Shown one piece after another: positions 1 through 11,600 of a stretch of 64,000 nucleotides of DNA (the stretch's first letter is position 1; every line of letters starts with the position of its first letter). Source of the stretch: an uncultured Verrucomicrobiae bacterium (GTDB lineage: Bacteria > Verrucomicrobiota > Verrucomicrobiia > Chthoniobacterales > UBA10450); NCBI GenBank assembly GCA_963726745.1, contig CAVSDR010000003.1, positions 736,001 through 800,000 of the forward strand. The letters are read 5' to 3'. A program made the position numbers and the translations under genes. Below the pieces are notes generated by a model that was not told the DNA's origin, ran no database searches, and saw only the letters and a list, made by a program, of their open reading frames with translations.

Positions 1-511
1 CGAGGAGACTGGGCATGGCGAGACGGTTTGGTCGCGCACCAAGGCAATCACGATCCTGCTGCTGGCGACCGCAGTGGTCGCCGCGCTCTCGGAATTTCTC
101 GTCGGCACGATCGAGAGCGTGCGCGACACCATCGGAGTGACGGAAGTCTTCGTGGGCGTGATCGTGGTCGCGATCGTGGGCAACGCCGCGGAGCACTCGA
201 CCGCGATTGTGATGGCCTGGAAAAACAAGATGGACCTGAGCGTCGGGATCGCCATCGGCTCGAGCCTGCAGATTGCGCTCTTCGTCGCGCCCGTGCTGGT
301 CTTTCTTTCCTACGCCTTTGGTCGGCCGATGGACCTGGAGTTTTCCCTGCCGGAGATCTTTGCTGTGATCGCGTCGATCTACCTGCTCTTCCAGATCAGC
401 GGCGACGGCGAAACGAACTGGATCGAGGGCGTGCAGCTCCTCTCGGTTTACCTGATCCTGGGCGTGCTTTTTTTCTTCCTTCCGGAAGCGCACCACGCCA
501 CCGGGCACTAG
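1..511 (+). CDS. cax: Ca2+/H+ antiporter (CaCA/ChaA-CAX family), 5'-truncated by window edge
   Basis: Frame is open from base 2. It carries the GNAAEH alpha-2 signature, [24 protein letters not shown] and [13 protein letters not shown], with several TM segments. Confidence 0.92.
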   Translation, partial: EETGHGETVWSRTKAITILLLATAVVAALSEFLVGTIESVRDTIGVTEVFVGVIVVAIVGNAAEHSTAIVMAWKNKMDLSVGIAIGSSLQIALFVAPVLVFLSYAFGRPMDLEFSLPEIFAVIASIYLLFQISGDGETNWIEGVQLLSVYLILGVLFFFLPEAHHATGH

Positions 512-526
512 CGGAGGACGCGCGGT

Positions 527-844
527 TTAGCCGCGCGCGAGGTCCGCATACTGGCCGTTGCCGTTGCGGCGGTGCGCACCGTCGAGCATGATCGGCAGGC
601 GGAAAGCGCGGGAGTTTGGCAGATATTGATGGGTGCGCAGGTGGCGGTTGGAAATGAACCAGACTTGATCCTCGTTATTCGAGAGGATGAAGAAAGCCTC
701 GCCGCTTTCCGAGAGCGAGAAAGCTCCAAGCACGAGGTAGGCAGTCTCAGAGTTGAAGCCGTGCTCCAGCGGCCGCGGCTGCGGCGCCGCATCGCCCGCC
801 ATTTCCTCGATCGATACGTAAAGGCCTGGCTGGACAAACATCAT
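527..844 (-). CDS. hypothetical protein (105 aa)
   Basis: Protein-like composition (AYLVLGAFSLSESGEAFFILSNNEDQVWFISNRHLR). It fills the gap between neighbouring genes. Confidence 0.7.
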   Translation of the reverse strand: MMFVQPGLYVSIEEMAGDAAPQPRPLEHGFNSETAYLVLGAFSLSESGEAFFILSNNEDQVWFISNRHLRTHQYLPNSRAFRLPIMLDGAHRRNGNGQYADLARG

Positions 845-924
845 AAGAGCTCCCTATCTCTACTACGGATGCCGCCGCCTGCGCGGGTGCAATGCGCCGG
901 TTTCCTGAAGAACCTTCACCCCTC

Positions 925-1611
925 ATGAGAACCACCCTCGCCCTGCTTTCCTGCCTCCTCACCACTGCGGCCCTGGCCGAGCCGATGCCCTACGCACCGA
1001 AGATCATGCCGGCTAATTTCTCCAGCGACATCACCCACCCGTTCTTCACCCTGCGAACGGGCAACACCTACACCTACCGCACGGCCGATGGTTCCGAGGT
1101 GAACAAGGTTTTCGTGACCGAGAAAACCCGGAAAGTCATGGGTGTGACCACGCGCGTGGTCTGGGATCGCGTCTGGCGCGCCGGAAAATTGATCGAGGAA
1201 ACCTACGATTGGTATGCGCAGGATCGGGCCGGCAACGTCTGGTATTTCGGCGAAGACTCGAAGGAATTCGAAGGCGAGTCCGTGAGCCGGAAAGGCTCGT
1301 GGGAAGCCGGCGTGAAAGGCGCGCAACCCGGCATCGTCATGCCGGCTAATCCGCAGCCGGGCGCGCCTTACCGGCAGGAGTACTTAAAGGGCGAAGCCGA
1401 AGACATGGCGCAGATCGTGAGCCTCAGCGAGTCCGTGAAAGTGCCGGCTGGTTCCTACAAAAATTGCCTCAAGACGAAGGACTGGTCCGCGATCGAGCCC
1501 AACAGCGTGGAGCACAAAATCTACGCGCGCGAGACCGGCTGCGTGGTCCTCGAGCTCGAGCACGGCGACCGCAAGCGAGTCGAGCTGATCTCGATTACCG
1601 GCCGTCGTTAG
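925..1611 (+). CDS. secreted hypothetical protein
   Basis: Signal peptide MRTTLALLSCLLTTAALA from ATG 925, followed by a conserved-looking core (ETYDWYAQDRAGNVWYFGE...GSWEAG...PG..YRQEY). Confidence 0.8.
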   Translation: MRTTLALLSCLLTTAALAEPMPYAPKIMPANFSSDITHPFFTLRTGNTYTYRTADGSEVNKVFVTEKTRKVMGVTTRVVWDRVWRAGKLIEETYDWYAQDRAGNVWYFGEDSKEFEGESVSRKGSWEAGVKGAQPGIVMPANPQPGAPYRQEYLKGEAEDMAQIVSLSESVKVPAGSYKNCLKTKDWSAIEPNSVEHKIYARETGCVVLELEHGDRKRVELISITGRR

Positions 1612-2101
1612 GCCCGGAAGCCACCGGCGCGGCGGACGCATTCTCGCGGCCTTGCCGGAAGGAGTGGACCATGAAAAAGCCCACGGCCACGCAGATGCAG
1701 GCGTCGGCGACATTAAAGGCCGGCCAGGGATGCGCGAAGGGCAGGTGAAGATCGAAGAGAAGGAAATCGATCACGTGCCCGTGCCAGAGGCGGTCGGTTA
1801 AATTTCCCAGGACGCCCGCGAGGAGCAGGGCGAGCGAAGTCTCGCGCCAGACGTCGGTGGTTTTCCGGCGCACGATCATGGTCACGATCGCGATCAGGGC
1901 CACGCTCGAGAGCGCGATGAAGAAGAGGTTGTTGTTCTTGAAAGAACCGAAGGCCGCGCCGGTGTTGGTCACGAAGACGAGCGCGAAGAATTCCGGGATG
2001 ATGATCCGCGGCTCCTCCGGCCCCACCTGGTGCAGCGCAAACCATTTGCTCACCTGGTCGAGCAGGTAGAGCGGCAGGGAAAGGAAAAGCACGAAACGCA
2101 T
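1595..2101 (-). CDS. lspA: lipoprotein signal peptidase II
   Basis: DQVSK, NTGAAFG, GNLTDR..GHVIDF and WPAFNVAD motifs. Confidence 0.96.
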   Translation of the reverse strand: MRFVLFLSLPLYLLDQVSKWFALHQVGPEEPRIIIPEFFALVFVTNTGAAFGSFKNNNLFFIALSSVALIAIVTMIVRRKTTDVWRETSLALLLAGVLGNLTDRLWHGHVIDFLLFDLHLPFAHPWPAFNVADACICVAVGFFMVHSFRQGRENASAAPVASGPNDGR

Positions 2102-2123
2102 CGGCTCCCTTTAGCGCGGGAGG

Positions 2124-2729
2124 ATGGCTTGCGCCACCGCGGGCGCACGCGTATCGCGGACCTCGGTGTTTTACCTCAACCGCAACGGCGAAACCCTCGG
2201 CCCCTACAGTCTGGCGGAAGTGCGCCAGCGGCTCGTGCGCGGCGAGATCGCGCCGGAGGATTATTGCTGGACTGAAGGCATGCCCGACTGGGTCCCGCTC
2301 GCGGAGAGCGAGCCCTTCCGCGACCGCAATGTCCCGGCTAAAGCCGCGCCTCCGATCGTGGGACCGCAGCGGGCCTCGCGGCGACTGTCCTCGATGCGGC
2401 GGAAGCCCTCGGGCTTCCGGGAATCGATGATCGCGCTGCCGGCGTTGCCGGAGACCGATCCGCGGCCAGCGCGCGTCTGGCTGCGACCGGAAATGCGCGC
2501 GCGGCTTCTGCTCATCGGCGGCGCGCTGCTCGCGCTTTATTTTCTCTTCTTCTTCCGCACGCGCCTCGACCTCCCGGCGAACGAGACCGCCGGCGTGGAG
2601 ATCATCCTCGGCCGTCCGGCCGCGAGCGCGCGCACGCCCGACCGCATCGCGGGCATTTTCCTCGGGCTTGCGCTTGCGGCGGCCGGCGGCGTCCTGCTCG
2701 CGAAACCGCGCCGCGCTACGGCGCGGTAA
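2124..2729 (+). CDS. GYF_2 (DUF4339) domain membrane protein; start uncertain
   Basis: YLNRNGETLGPYS...GEI...CWTEGMPDWVP GYF_2 pattern and two C-terminal hydrophobic segments. Confidence 0.78.
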   Translation: MACATAGARVSRTSVFYLNRNGETLGPYSLAEVRQRLVRGEIAPEDYCWTEGMPDWVPLAESEPFRDRNVPAKAAPPIVGPQRASRRLSSMRRKPSGFRESMIALPALPETDPRPARVWLRPEMRARLLLIGGALLALYFLFFFRTRLDLPANETAGVEIILGRPAASARTPDRIAGIFLGLALAAAGGVLLAKPRRATAR

Positions 2730-5700
2730 TCTGCAGCCGCAGGAAGCGTCGCGCGGCCGCGTCGAACGGCACCAGGTCGCGCACTTCCACGCGGAAGTCC
2801 GGGCCACTGCCGCTCTCGCCGACGAAGCCGGGACCACTCGTTAGGCCGCCGTGGAAGCTGCTGGCTAAATCGCTCCAGCGGTGAAGATCGCCCGAAGCTT
2901 GCACGGTGTAGCACAGATCGGTCGCCCGGGCGGAGCGATGAAACGTGAGCGCGAGATATTTTGCGCCGTCGATCTCGCGCACGGAGAGCAACGGGCGCCC
3001 GGCGGCTTCCGGCTTCGTCGGATCGAGGCCGAGCGCGTACTCCAGTAAGTTCGGAAGGCCGTCGAAATCGAAGTCGAGCTCCGGCGCAGCGTCGCTTCCG
3101 GTGAGCCCGTAGCCCGCGAGATAACTCTCCGTGCTTGTGCCCACCGCGACCGCGAACTCGCGCAAAACGGTCGCGCCGCAGGTGTCGGCTAACGAGACGC
3201 GCACCGTGAAAGGCGCGAGCGTGGCGTCCAGCCCGGGCGCAAGGGTAACCACACCGGTCGCCTGGTCGATCGTGATCGTCCCGCCGCCCGGCACGGTCTC
3301 GGGACGGACGAGCAACGGCGCGGCCGGGAGGTTGCCATTTGCGTCCGCCGGCGGGGCCGAAGGCGCGACCGCGACCGTGCGCCCGGCATTTGCATTCACT
3401 GGCGGGTAAGTGCCTAACGAGGGCGAAGGATTAGGCAGCACTTTCACGCTGATCTTCGCGCCCGCGCGGGCCCCGGCGTGGTCGGTCACGGTCAGCGTGA
3501 CTGGATAATCCCGGCCACTCGGCGCTGTCACCACCCGGCAATCCGCGGTCCCGCCCAGCGTGATCGCATTCCCAAAAACACTCGTGCTCAAGGCGATTCC
3601 CTCGGGCGCGTCGGAGACCGCGGCGCTGAACGGTCCCGCGCCGGCAACGCTCGCGACCACCGCACTGGCCGCGACCGGCGTGCCGCGCACGAGTTCCAAC
3701 GAACCGATCACGCCGAGCACGGGCGCGCCTTCCTCGGTGGCGATGGTGAAGTCCGCATCCGAAAGATCGAAGAAGATATTGCCGACCGCTTCGACCTTGA
3801 TCCGGCCCTGCGTGGTCGCGACCTCCGGGCCGCCCGGCAGGAGCACGCCGGCGCGGCCGACGTTCGGCACGTTTTCGGCGAGGACGAACGGGAAGGTGTG
3901 TCCGCCATCGGTCGAGAGCGAGATCTTCACGCTCGCGCAATTTACTGGCGGCGCGTCTGTGTTGGCCACGTTCCAGGTGATCGTCTGCGCGGAACCGGCG
4001 GGCACGGTGCCGCCGGCGTTGAAGGAAGTGATGGTGAATGGGCCGGCTAATGCGCTCGTCGTCACCGTGGTCGCGGCCCAGCTCGCTCCGCCGCCGCCGG
4101 CGCGATTATCCCGCACGGTCACACGGAAGTTCAGCGTGCGTGAAATCGTCGGCAAAATCTCGCCGGTCGCGCTCGCGCCGATGGTAGCCGGCGGGGCGTT
4201 GGCGTAGTCGAGCACGTATGGCAGCGCGGGGAAAACGCGCGTGGGACTGAGCGTGGGCGGGCGGGAACGGAAGACGGGATTCGTCCCATCGCTCGCGGGC
4301 GCGGCCGTGCTTTGCGCCGGGCCGAGGTCGAGCTCTTCCCAGCAATAGGTGAGCGTGTCGCCATCCGCGTCGCTCGCGCTCGCGGTGAGCGCGAACGGGG
4401 TGCTCACGGGAATGGTGAAAGCCGCCGGCGGACTAACGACTGGTGGATGATTGCCGGTGTTCTCGGAGAGCGCGCAATCGCCGCTGCCGGCCGCAAACGC
4501 GAGCATCTCCTCGGAGTTCCGCGCGTGAAAATAGTCGTCGCTATGTGGGGCGAGGTCGGTGATCACACCGCCCGCAGTGCAGATGCCGGCGTAGGCCATG
4601 ACCGTGCTCCCGCTGCCGACTTCATAGGCGTAGGCGCCCTGGCGATTACTGCCGCCGCAGTTGCCGATGTTGCTGTTAAAAGTGTGATGCCCGCCGAACT
4701 GGTGCCCGATCTCATGGGCCACGTAGTCGACGTCGAACGGATCACCTGTAGGCACGCTGCGGCCGGTCACGCCGCGCGCCTTGGCCTCGGCCAGGCAGAC
4801 CACGCCGACGCTCGCGATCCCGCCGCCGCCGGTGCTGAAGACGTGCCCAAGATCGTAATTCTGCGCGCCGATGACGCGGTCGAGATTGTCCTGGTTTTCC
4901 GCGAGCATGAGGCTGCCGTTGCTGTTCGTGTAGGGATCGTTCGCAGCGTCGAGGTAGACGATCTGGTCGTTCGTGGCGACCAGGAGGAAACGGATCGCGA
5001 GGTCGCGTTCGTAGAGCGCGCTCACCCGATTGACCGAGGTGACCATGGCGCTGAGCGCGCTCAAAACAGTCGGCGGTCCATTGCTGACGGCGCTGGCATA
5101 TTCGCCGGTGCAGGCGAGCGCGAGGCGATACTGGCGCAAGATGGCACCGCTCGATCCGGCCGCGGCGGCGCGCCCGATTTTGCTCTCGTTAGGCAACGGC
5201 AGGCAGCGAAGCGGCTCGGCGCGGGCGAAATCCGCCTTCCGGTAAACCACGTAGGCGCGATCGTCGTCGCGCCAGTAGGGATCGATGAAAACGTCGCCAC
5301 CTGGCGAAAGGATGATCGCATGGAAGCCATGCGGCGTGAGGTCGAGCCGCGCGCTCGCCGCAGGATCGTCCAGGCCTTGCGCGACGTAGGTTTTAATCGC
5401 GGGAAATTTCGCCGCCAGCTCCGGCTCCATCACCGGCGACTCCCGCACCGCGAAGCGCGCGAAGCGGCCATCCGGCAAAGGCAACTCCAACGTTGTCGCG
5501 GCCTTGGCCGAGACCAGCTGACGCTCGAGCGCCGGCCGATCCAGCTCGAGCACCCGGTATTTCTCCGGGACGATGTGCCGGCGCGCAGACGCGGCGGCGC
5601 CAGCGGCGCGGAGCATCGGCGTTTCGTCAATCGGCTGCCAAAGTCCCTGGCCAAAAGCGCTCGCGCCAAGGAGCCAGAGGAGGAGAAGCGCCGCGCGCAC
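2716..5700 (-). CDS. secreted reprolysin-like (M12) zinc metalloprotease with Ig-like and C-terminal accessory domains
   Basis: Signal peptide, prodomain, HEIGHQFGGHH zinc motif and GSTVMAYAG Met-turn. C-terminal DFDGLPNLLEYALGLDP...RRFLRLQITAP domain. Confidence 0.9.
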   Translation of the reverse strand: MRAALLLLWLLGASAFGQGLWQPIDETPMLRAAGAAASARRHIVPEKYRVLELDRPALERQLVSAKAATTLELPLPDGRFARFAVRESPVMEPELAAKFPAIKTYVAQGLDDPAASARLDLTPHGFHAIILSPGGDVFIDPYWRDDDRAYVVYRKADFARAEPLRCLPLPNESKIGRAAAAGSSGAILRQYRLALACTGEYASAVSNGPPTVLSALSAMVTSVNRVSALYERDLAIRFLLVATNDQIVYLDAANDPYTNSNGSLMLAENQDNLDRVIGAQNYDLGHVFSTGGGGIASVGVVCLAEAKARGVTGRSVPTGDPFDVDYVAHEIGHQFGGHHTFNSNIGNCGGSNRQGAYAYEVGSGSTVMAYAGICTAGGVITDLAPHSDDYFHARNSEEMLAFAAGSGDCALSENTGNHPPVVSPPAAFTIPVSTPFALTASASDADGDTLTYCWEELDLGPAQSTAAPASDGTNPVFRSRPPTLSPTRVFPALPYVLDYANAPPATIGASATGEILPTISRTLNFRVTVRDNRAGGGGASWAATTVTTSALAGPFTITSFNAGGTVPAGSAQTITWNVANTDAPPVNCASVKISLSTDGGHTFPFVLAENVPNVGRAGVLLPGGPEVATTQGRIKVEAVGNIFFDLSDADFTIATEEGAPVLGVIGSLELVRGTPVAASAVVASVAGAGPFSAAVSDAPEGIALSTSVFGNAITLGGTADCRVVTAPSGRDYPVTLTVTDHAGARAGAKISVKVLPNPSPSLGTYPPVNANAGRTVAVAPSAPPADANGNLPAAPLLVRPETVPGGGTITIDQATGVVTLAPGLDATLAPFTVRVSLADTCGATVLREFAVAVGTSTESYLAGYGLTGSDAAPELDFDFDGLPNLLEYALGLDPTKPEAAGRPLLSVREIDGAKYLALTFHRSARATDLCYTVQASGDLHRWSDLASSFHGGLTSGPGFVGESGSGPDFRVEVRDLVPFDAAARRFLRLQITAP

Positions 5701-5703
5701 GGA

Positions 5704-8407
5704 TTACTCCCGCTGGCTTACGACCTCGTCACAGCGATCGCAGAGTTCCGGGTGCGCGCTGGATTTGCCGACACTTTCACGGTGCCGCCAGCAGCGGGCG
5801 CACTTGGCAAATTCCGTCTTCGCGATCGTCGCGGCCGCGGCGTCGCCGGGCTCGACCGTCAGATCGCTAAGGATGAAAAACTCCTCGAGTTCCTCCTTCG
5901 AGATGCCGGCTAAAACTTCGCTGCTGGCCTGCAGACGCACCGCGCCTTCGAGCGCGTTGCCGATGAGTTTTTCCTGGCGGGCCTGCTCGACCGCCTGCCC
6001 GATGAGGCCGCGCAGCCGAAGCAATTCCGCAACCGCAGCTTCCGCCGGCGAATCGCGCAAGGAGTCGTTAGGTTGCGGGAATTCCTGGAGATGCACCGAG
6101 CCTTCCCGGCCGAGGTAACCCCATGCTTCCTCGGCGGTGAAGGCGAGGATGGGCGCGAGCAATTTAGTCAGCGACTCGAGGATTTCGCGCATCGCGAATT
6201 GGGTCGCGAGGCGGCGCGGCGAACCGGGCGCATCGCAATACATTCGGTCCTTGGTGATGTCGACGTAGAGACTGCTCAGGTCGACCGCACAGAATTGATT
6301 GAGCGTGTGGTAGACCTTGTGGAACTCGTAGTTCGCGTAAGCCTCGCGGCATTCGGCGATCACGCTCTGCAAGCGGCTCAGGATCCAGCGATCGACCAGC
6401 GTTGGCGCGCCTTTTTCGCCACTCTTCGCGTCGATGTTGCCCAGGAGAATGCGGATCGTGTTCCGGATGCGGCGATAGGTGTCGCCGAGGCGCGTGAACA
6501 TTTCCTCCGAGAACGGGACGTCGTCGGTGTAGTTCACGCTGCTGACCCAAAGGCGGACGATATCGGCGCCGTGTTTGCCGACGAAATGGCCGGCATCCAT
6601 CGGCTTCGAGTAGCTGCTCGACTTGGAGATTTTTTTGCCGTCGACATCGACCACGAAGCCGTGCGTGACGCAGGTCTTGTAAGGAGCGCGATCGTGCAGC
6701 GCGACGCTGGTCATAAGCGACGACTGGAACCAGCCGCGGTGCTGGTCGGTCGCCTCGAGATACATGTCGGCCGGGTTGCGCAGCTCCGGGCGGACCGCGA
6801 GCACGGCCTGGTGGCTCATGCCGCTATCGATCCAGACGTCGATCGTGTCGTTGCGGTGGCGCGTGCCCTCGGGCAGGCCGAGTTCGCGCGCGAGCGCGGC
6901 GTCGTCGAGCTCGAACCAGATGTTCGAGCCGCGCTGCCTAACGAGTTCTGCGAGCTTGCGGATCCAGTCGGCGTTCAGGAGCGCCTGGCCGTCGGCATCG
7001 TAGAAAACGGGGAGCGGCACGCCCCAGCTCCGTTGACGCGAGATGACCCAATCCGGGCGCGACTCGACCGTGCCGGAGATGCGCGCTTCGCCCCAGGGCG
7101 GAATCCATTTGGCGTCTTTGATCGCAGCAAGCGCCGGCTCGCGGAGCTGGTTGATCCGGATGAAAAACTGCTCGACCGCGCGGAAGATGATCGGCGTTTT
7201 CGAGCGCCAGCAATACGGGTAGCTGTGCTGATAGTTTTCCTCCGCGACGAGCATGTCGTTCGTCGCGCAGGAGCGCGACGATGTCGGCGTTGGCGTCGAA
7301 GACATATTTGCCGACGAGATCAGGGAGGCCGACTTCCTCGGTGTAGCGCCCGAGGCTGTCCACCGGGGAAAGGATCGGGAGGCCGTTGCGATGGCCTAAC
7401 GAGTAATCGTCCTCGCCGTGGCCGGGCGCGATGTGCACGCAGCCGGTGCCGGTGTCCATGGTGACAAAATCAGCCGTCAAGATGATCGCGGTGCGCGGGA
7501 GGAACGGGTGCTGCGCGCCGACGCCCTCGAGCTTGGTGCCGGGGAAGGAGCGGCCCGGCTCGCCCACCGGTTCCCAGCCGGTCGCGGCGCAGAATTTCTC
7601 GACCAACGACTCCGCGAGGATGAGCGTCTCGGTGCGACCGTCCTTTTGGAATTCGCGCGCGACGTAAAGTTCCTTCGGATGAATCGCGATCGCTAAATTT
7701 GCCGGCAAGGTCCAGGGCGTAGTCGTCCAGATGACGATGCTCGCCTTCCCTTTCCACTCGCCGGTGGCGATGGGGAATTTCACATAAACCGCGGTGTCTT
7801 CGCGGTCGTGGTATTCAACCTCGGCGACCGCGAGCGCGGTCTGCGCGCCGGTGCTCCAGAAGACCGGCTTTTTCGATTCGTAAACGAGGCCCTTCTCGAC
7901 GAAAACGGCGAACGCCTTCAGGATCTCCGCCTCGTAAGCCGGGTCGAGCGTGAGATAGGGATTCTCCCAGTCGCCGAGCACGCCGAGGCGCTTAAATTGC
8001 CCGCGCTGGATCTCGACGAAGCTGCGCGCAAAGGCCTCCGAGCGCTGCCGCACTTCCACCGGCGAGAGGCCGCGCGTTTCCTTGACCACCTTGTATTCGA
8101 TCGGGAGCCCGTGGCAGTCCCAGCCCGGCACGTAGGGCGCGCGAAAGCCGAGCATGGTCTTCGATTTCACCACCAGATCCTTGAGGATCTTGTTCAGCGC
8201 CGTGCCCATGTGGACATCGCCATTCGCGAACGGCGGGCCGTCGTGCAGGACGAACAACTCCGCGCCGGCGCGCGCTTTTTGAATCTGCTGGTAAAGCTGC
8301 GTCTCCTCCCAGGTCTGGAGGATCTCCGGTTCACGAGTCGTTAGGCTCGCCTTCATCGGGAAGTCCGTTTTCGGGAGGAGGAGGGTGTCCTTGTAATTGG
8401 CAGGCAT
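5704..8407 (-). CDS. ileS: isoleucyl-tRNA synthetase (type 1), split by one apparent frameshift near 7264
   Basis: LHDGPPFANG, GWDCHGLPIE, WTTTPWT, GTGCVHIAPGHG, DWVISRQR, DQHRGWFQSS and a C-terminal CARC..CDRC zinc finger. ORFs 6938-8407 and 5704-7305 join at LLR(D)NDMLVAEE. Confidence 0.96.
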
Positions 8408-8624
8408 CGCGGAGCGGCGACGCTACCACCGAAAGCGCAGAGCGAAAAGGGAGAGCCCGGGCGGACATCGGAAAGGGTCGCGGCGCTTCCCTTACCCACT
8501 TGTAACGCTCGGGTAACCCTCAGGTCAGAGTGCTGGCTAAAAATCCCAGAACTCCTCGAAGGCTCCGTCTCCTCACGGATCTCCCCGGAATTCATTTCAA
8601 CCCTACCGCCTCTCCCTCTCTCGC

Positions 8625-11600
8625 ATGAGCCAAGTCATCCTCCAATCCTCCCGCCAGTTCACGGCCGCCGCGTTGATCATCTGCGCCGTGGTCCTCGCGT
8701 TTATTTCCTTCGCCGATCACTCGCGCTCGGCCGCGCCGGAAAACGGCACGCTCAACCCCGCCGGCCCGAGCGTGAGCTGGACCGGCACTTCCGCCGGCGG
8801 TTCCTCGCTGGACGAATCGACCTGCGATGCGCTCGATGCGGTCAATTGCGACACCTACATCCTGACCGTGGGCGGCACGCCGGCGGATTGGGCCGGGAAA
8901 AAAGTAAACGTCAAGATCAGCTGGCCCAATGGCCTGGATGACTACGATGTCTTCATTCACAAAGGGACGGTCAACGGCCCCGTGGTCGGCTCGGCCGCGG
9001 CGGGCGGCAGCGGGCCGGAGGAAGTGGACCTCGATCCGACCAATGCCTCCATCGGCACCGGCGCTTTCGCGGTGCGGGTGGTTTACTTCCTGGTGACGCC
9101 GCCGGCGGAGCAGTACACCGGCGTCGCAAGCGTAAAGGGCGGCGGCGCGACCCCGACGCCCACGGCCACGCCGACGCCGAGCGGCACACCTTTGACCGCA
9201 AATGTCCCGCGTTACGTGAACCATTACGCGCCACCCGGCGTGATGGAAGATGCGGGCGAGCCGACCATGGGCGTGAATTGGAACACGGAAAATGTGGTCC
9301 GCGCCCCGTGGCAAACTTTCCAAAACCGGCTGCGCAACGGCACCGTGCTCCAGACTTTCAACGGCGGCACCTCGCTCTACTACGGCGGGATTAACAGCTA
9401 CTTCCTCCGCGCGACCTTCGACGATTGCGCCTCGCCCGCCGGCGTCCAGTGGGACCAGATCCCGCTGGTGACCGCGAATACCACGCGCGGCTTCTACGAT
9501 CCGATTCTTTACACCGATCACTGGACCGGCCGCACGTGGGTGGGCCAGGAGCTCGGGCTGACGCCGGGCGGCAGCACGCTCGAGTTTACCGATAACGACG
9601 GCGACACGATGCACCCGAGCGAAGGCGCTGCGCCTTCGGGCGGGGTCGATCACCAGACGATCGGCGGCGGGCCGTTCCACGCGCCTACTCCGCCGACCAC
9701 GATCACGCCGAAGAATCCGCCGGACCCAGCGGCCACGCCTTACCCGCACTCCGTCTTTTACGCGTCCCAGGCGATCCTGACCGCGACCAGCCAGCTGAGT
9801 TTAGACGGCGGCTTCAGCTTCCCGGTGCAGACGCCGATGTATACCTGGCAGGATTGCACCGGGCTCCACGGCCACATCAAAATCGCCGAGGACGGCACCG
9901 CCTTCGTGCCGAACAAGGCCTGCGAAGAACTCAATGTGCCGTTTGTCTTCGGCGGCAATCCCGCGGTCGTGGTCTCGGAGGATAACGGCGCGACCTGGGA
10001 CATCCGCACCGTGCCCGGCATCCCGAGCGATGCCGGTTTGGACGACGCCTCTGTGGGCGTTTCGTGGTGCCCACCGAACACGCCCACCTGCGACAAGACC
10101 GAGCGGAGCAAGCACATTTACCTCGGCTTCATGTACACCGGCGGCCGGCCCGGCATCGCCTATTCGAACAACAAGGGCCAAAGCTGGGCCCGCATCGTGG
10201 ATCTCGGCGCCCTCACCGGGATCAAGCACATCGCTTTCCCGGCTGTAGCCGTGGGCGATCCCGACCGCGCAGCCTTCGCCTTCTTCGGCACGAAGACGCA
10301 GGGCGATTACAGCGCACCGGAGTTCCCCGGCGTGTGGCACATGTATATCGCGCAGACGTTCGATTACGGCCAGACCTGGACGGTGCAGAACGTGAGCCCG
10401 GAAGGGCCGATCCAGCGCGGCGGCATCTGCGGCGATGGCACCTGCCGAAACCTGCTCGACTTCATCGATATCCAAATCGACCGGCAAGGCCGCGTGCTGG
10501 TCGCAGGGGAAGATGGCTGCATCGCCGGCTGCGAAATCGGCGGGGCAAATTCCTTCACCGCGAAGGCGTTCATCACCCGCCAGGCCGGCGGCAAACGCAT
10601 GTTCTCGATCTACGACACCCAGACGGCCGAGCCGCACATCCCCGGCGCGCCCGGCGTGCAAGGCTTTGTCGACGCCGCCAATACCAAGGTCACGCTCAAC
10701 TGGACTCCACCGGACCACGGGGGCGCGCCGATCACAGCCTACAAGATCTACCGCGCAACCGCGGAGGCCGGTCCCTGGGGGAACGATAAGCTCATCGCCA
10801 CGGTCACGGAACCCGGTTTCATGGACACCAGTTTCCCGCCGGCGATGGAGAAATATTACATCGTGACCGCGATCAATTCGCAGGGTGAAAGCCCCTACTG
10901 CAAGGTGATCCATCCGCTCGACGTCCCGCAAGTGACAGCTTGCAACCTCCCCGGCATCCAGGTGCTGAATGACACTGATGCGAATGGCGCGGATACCGAT
11001 CCGCCGCAGCAAACCCCGGCCGATCCGCGGGTAAACGTCCGCCGGCTCCACCTGGCAGAGCCATTCGTCAGCCCCGGCGCCGAGCCGCTCGTCTTCACCA
11101 TGCAGGTGGCTCCCTCGACCACGAACACCGCCCCGCCGAACAGCCAGTGGCTCATCATTTGGAATCGCCAGGGCACGCATGCGGCCGATCCGCAGGACAG
11201 CTCTTACGACCGCATGTATGTCGCCATGGTCACGGATGCGAACGGCGTCCCGACGTTTGAATACGGGAAGTTTGGCATCGCGATCAACACTTCGCCGCCG
11301 CCCCTGCCCGACCCGAATGCGAACGCTCCAAAGCGTTACGGCGCGCCCGATAGCGCGACCTACGATCCGCTCAGCGGCCTCGTCCGGATCACGATCGCAA
11401 AGTCGAAGCTGCGCGCGATCGATGGCGGCAGCGGCAAGTATGTGATCAACACCGACCTCGCAGGGACGAACGTGCGCACTTACTTCAACCGCGCCGACTA
11501 CGTCTCCGATCCAAACGCGGCGGTGCGCTCGCAGCGTTCGCAAAACAATGCTTCCGATATCACCAGCGACGCGACCTACACCCTGCGCGGGAACGCGGTT

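Noticed and set aside
7255..7270. Programmed frameshift in ileS
   Set aside because: No slippery heptamer is present, and many similar indels across the window point to assembly error.
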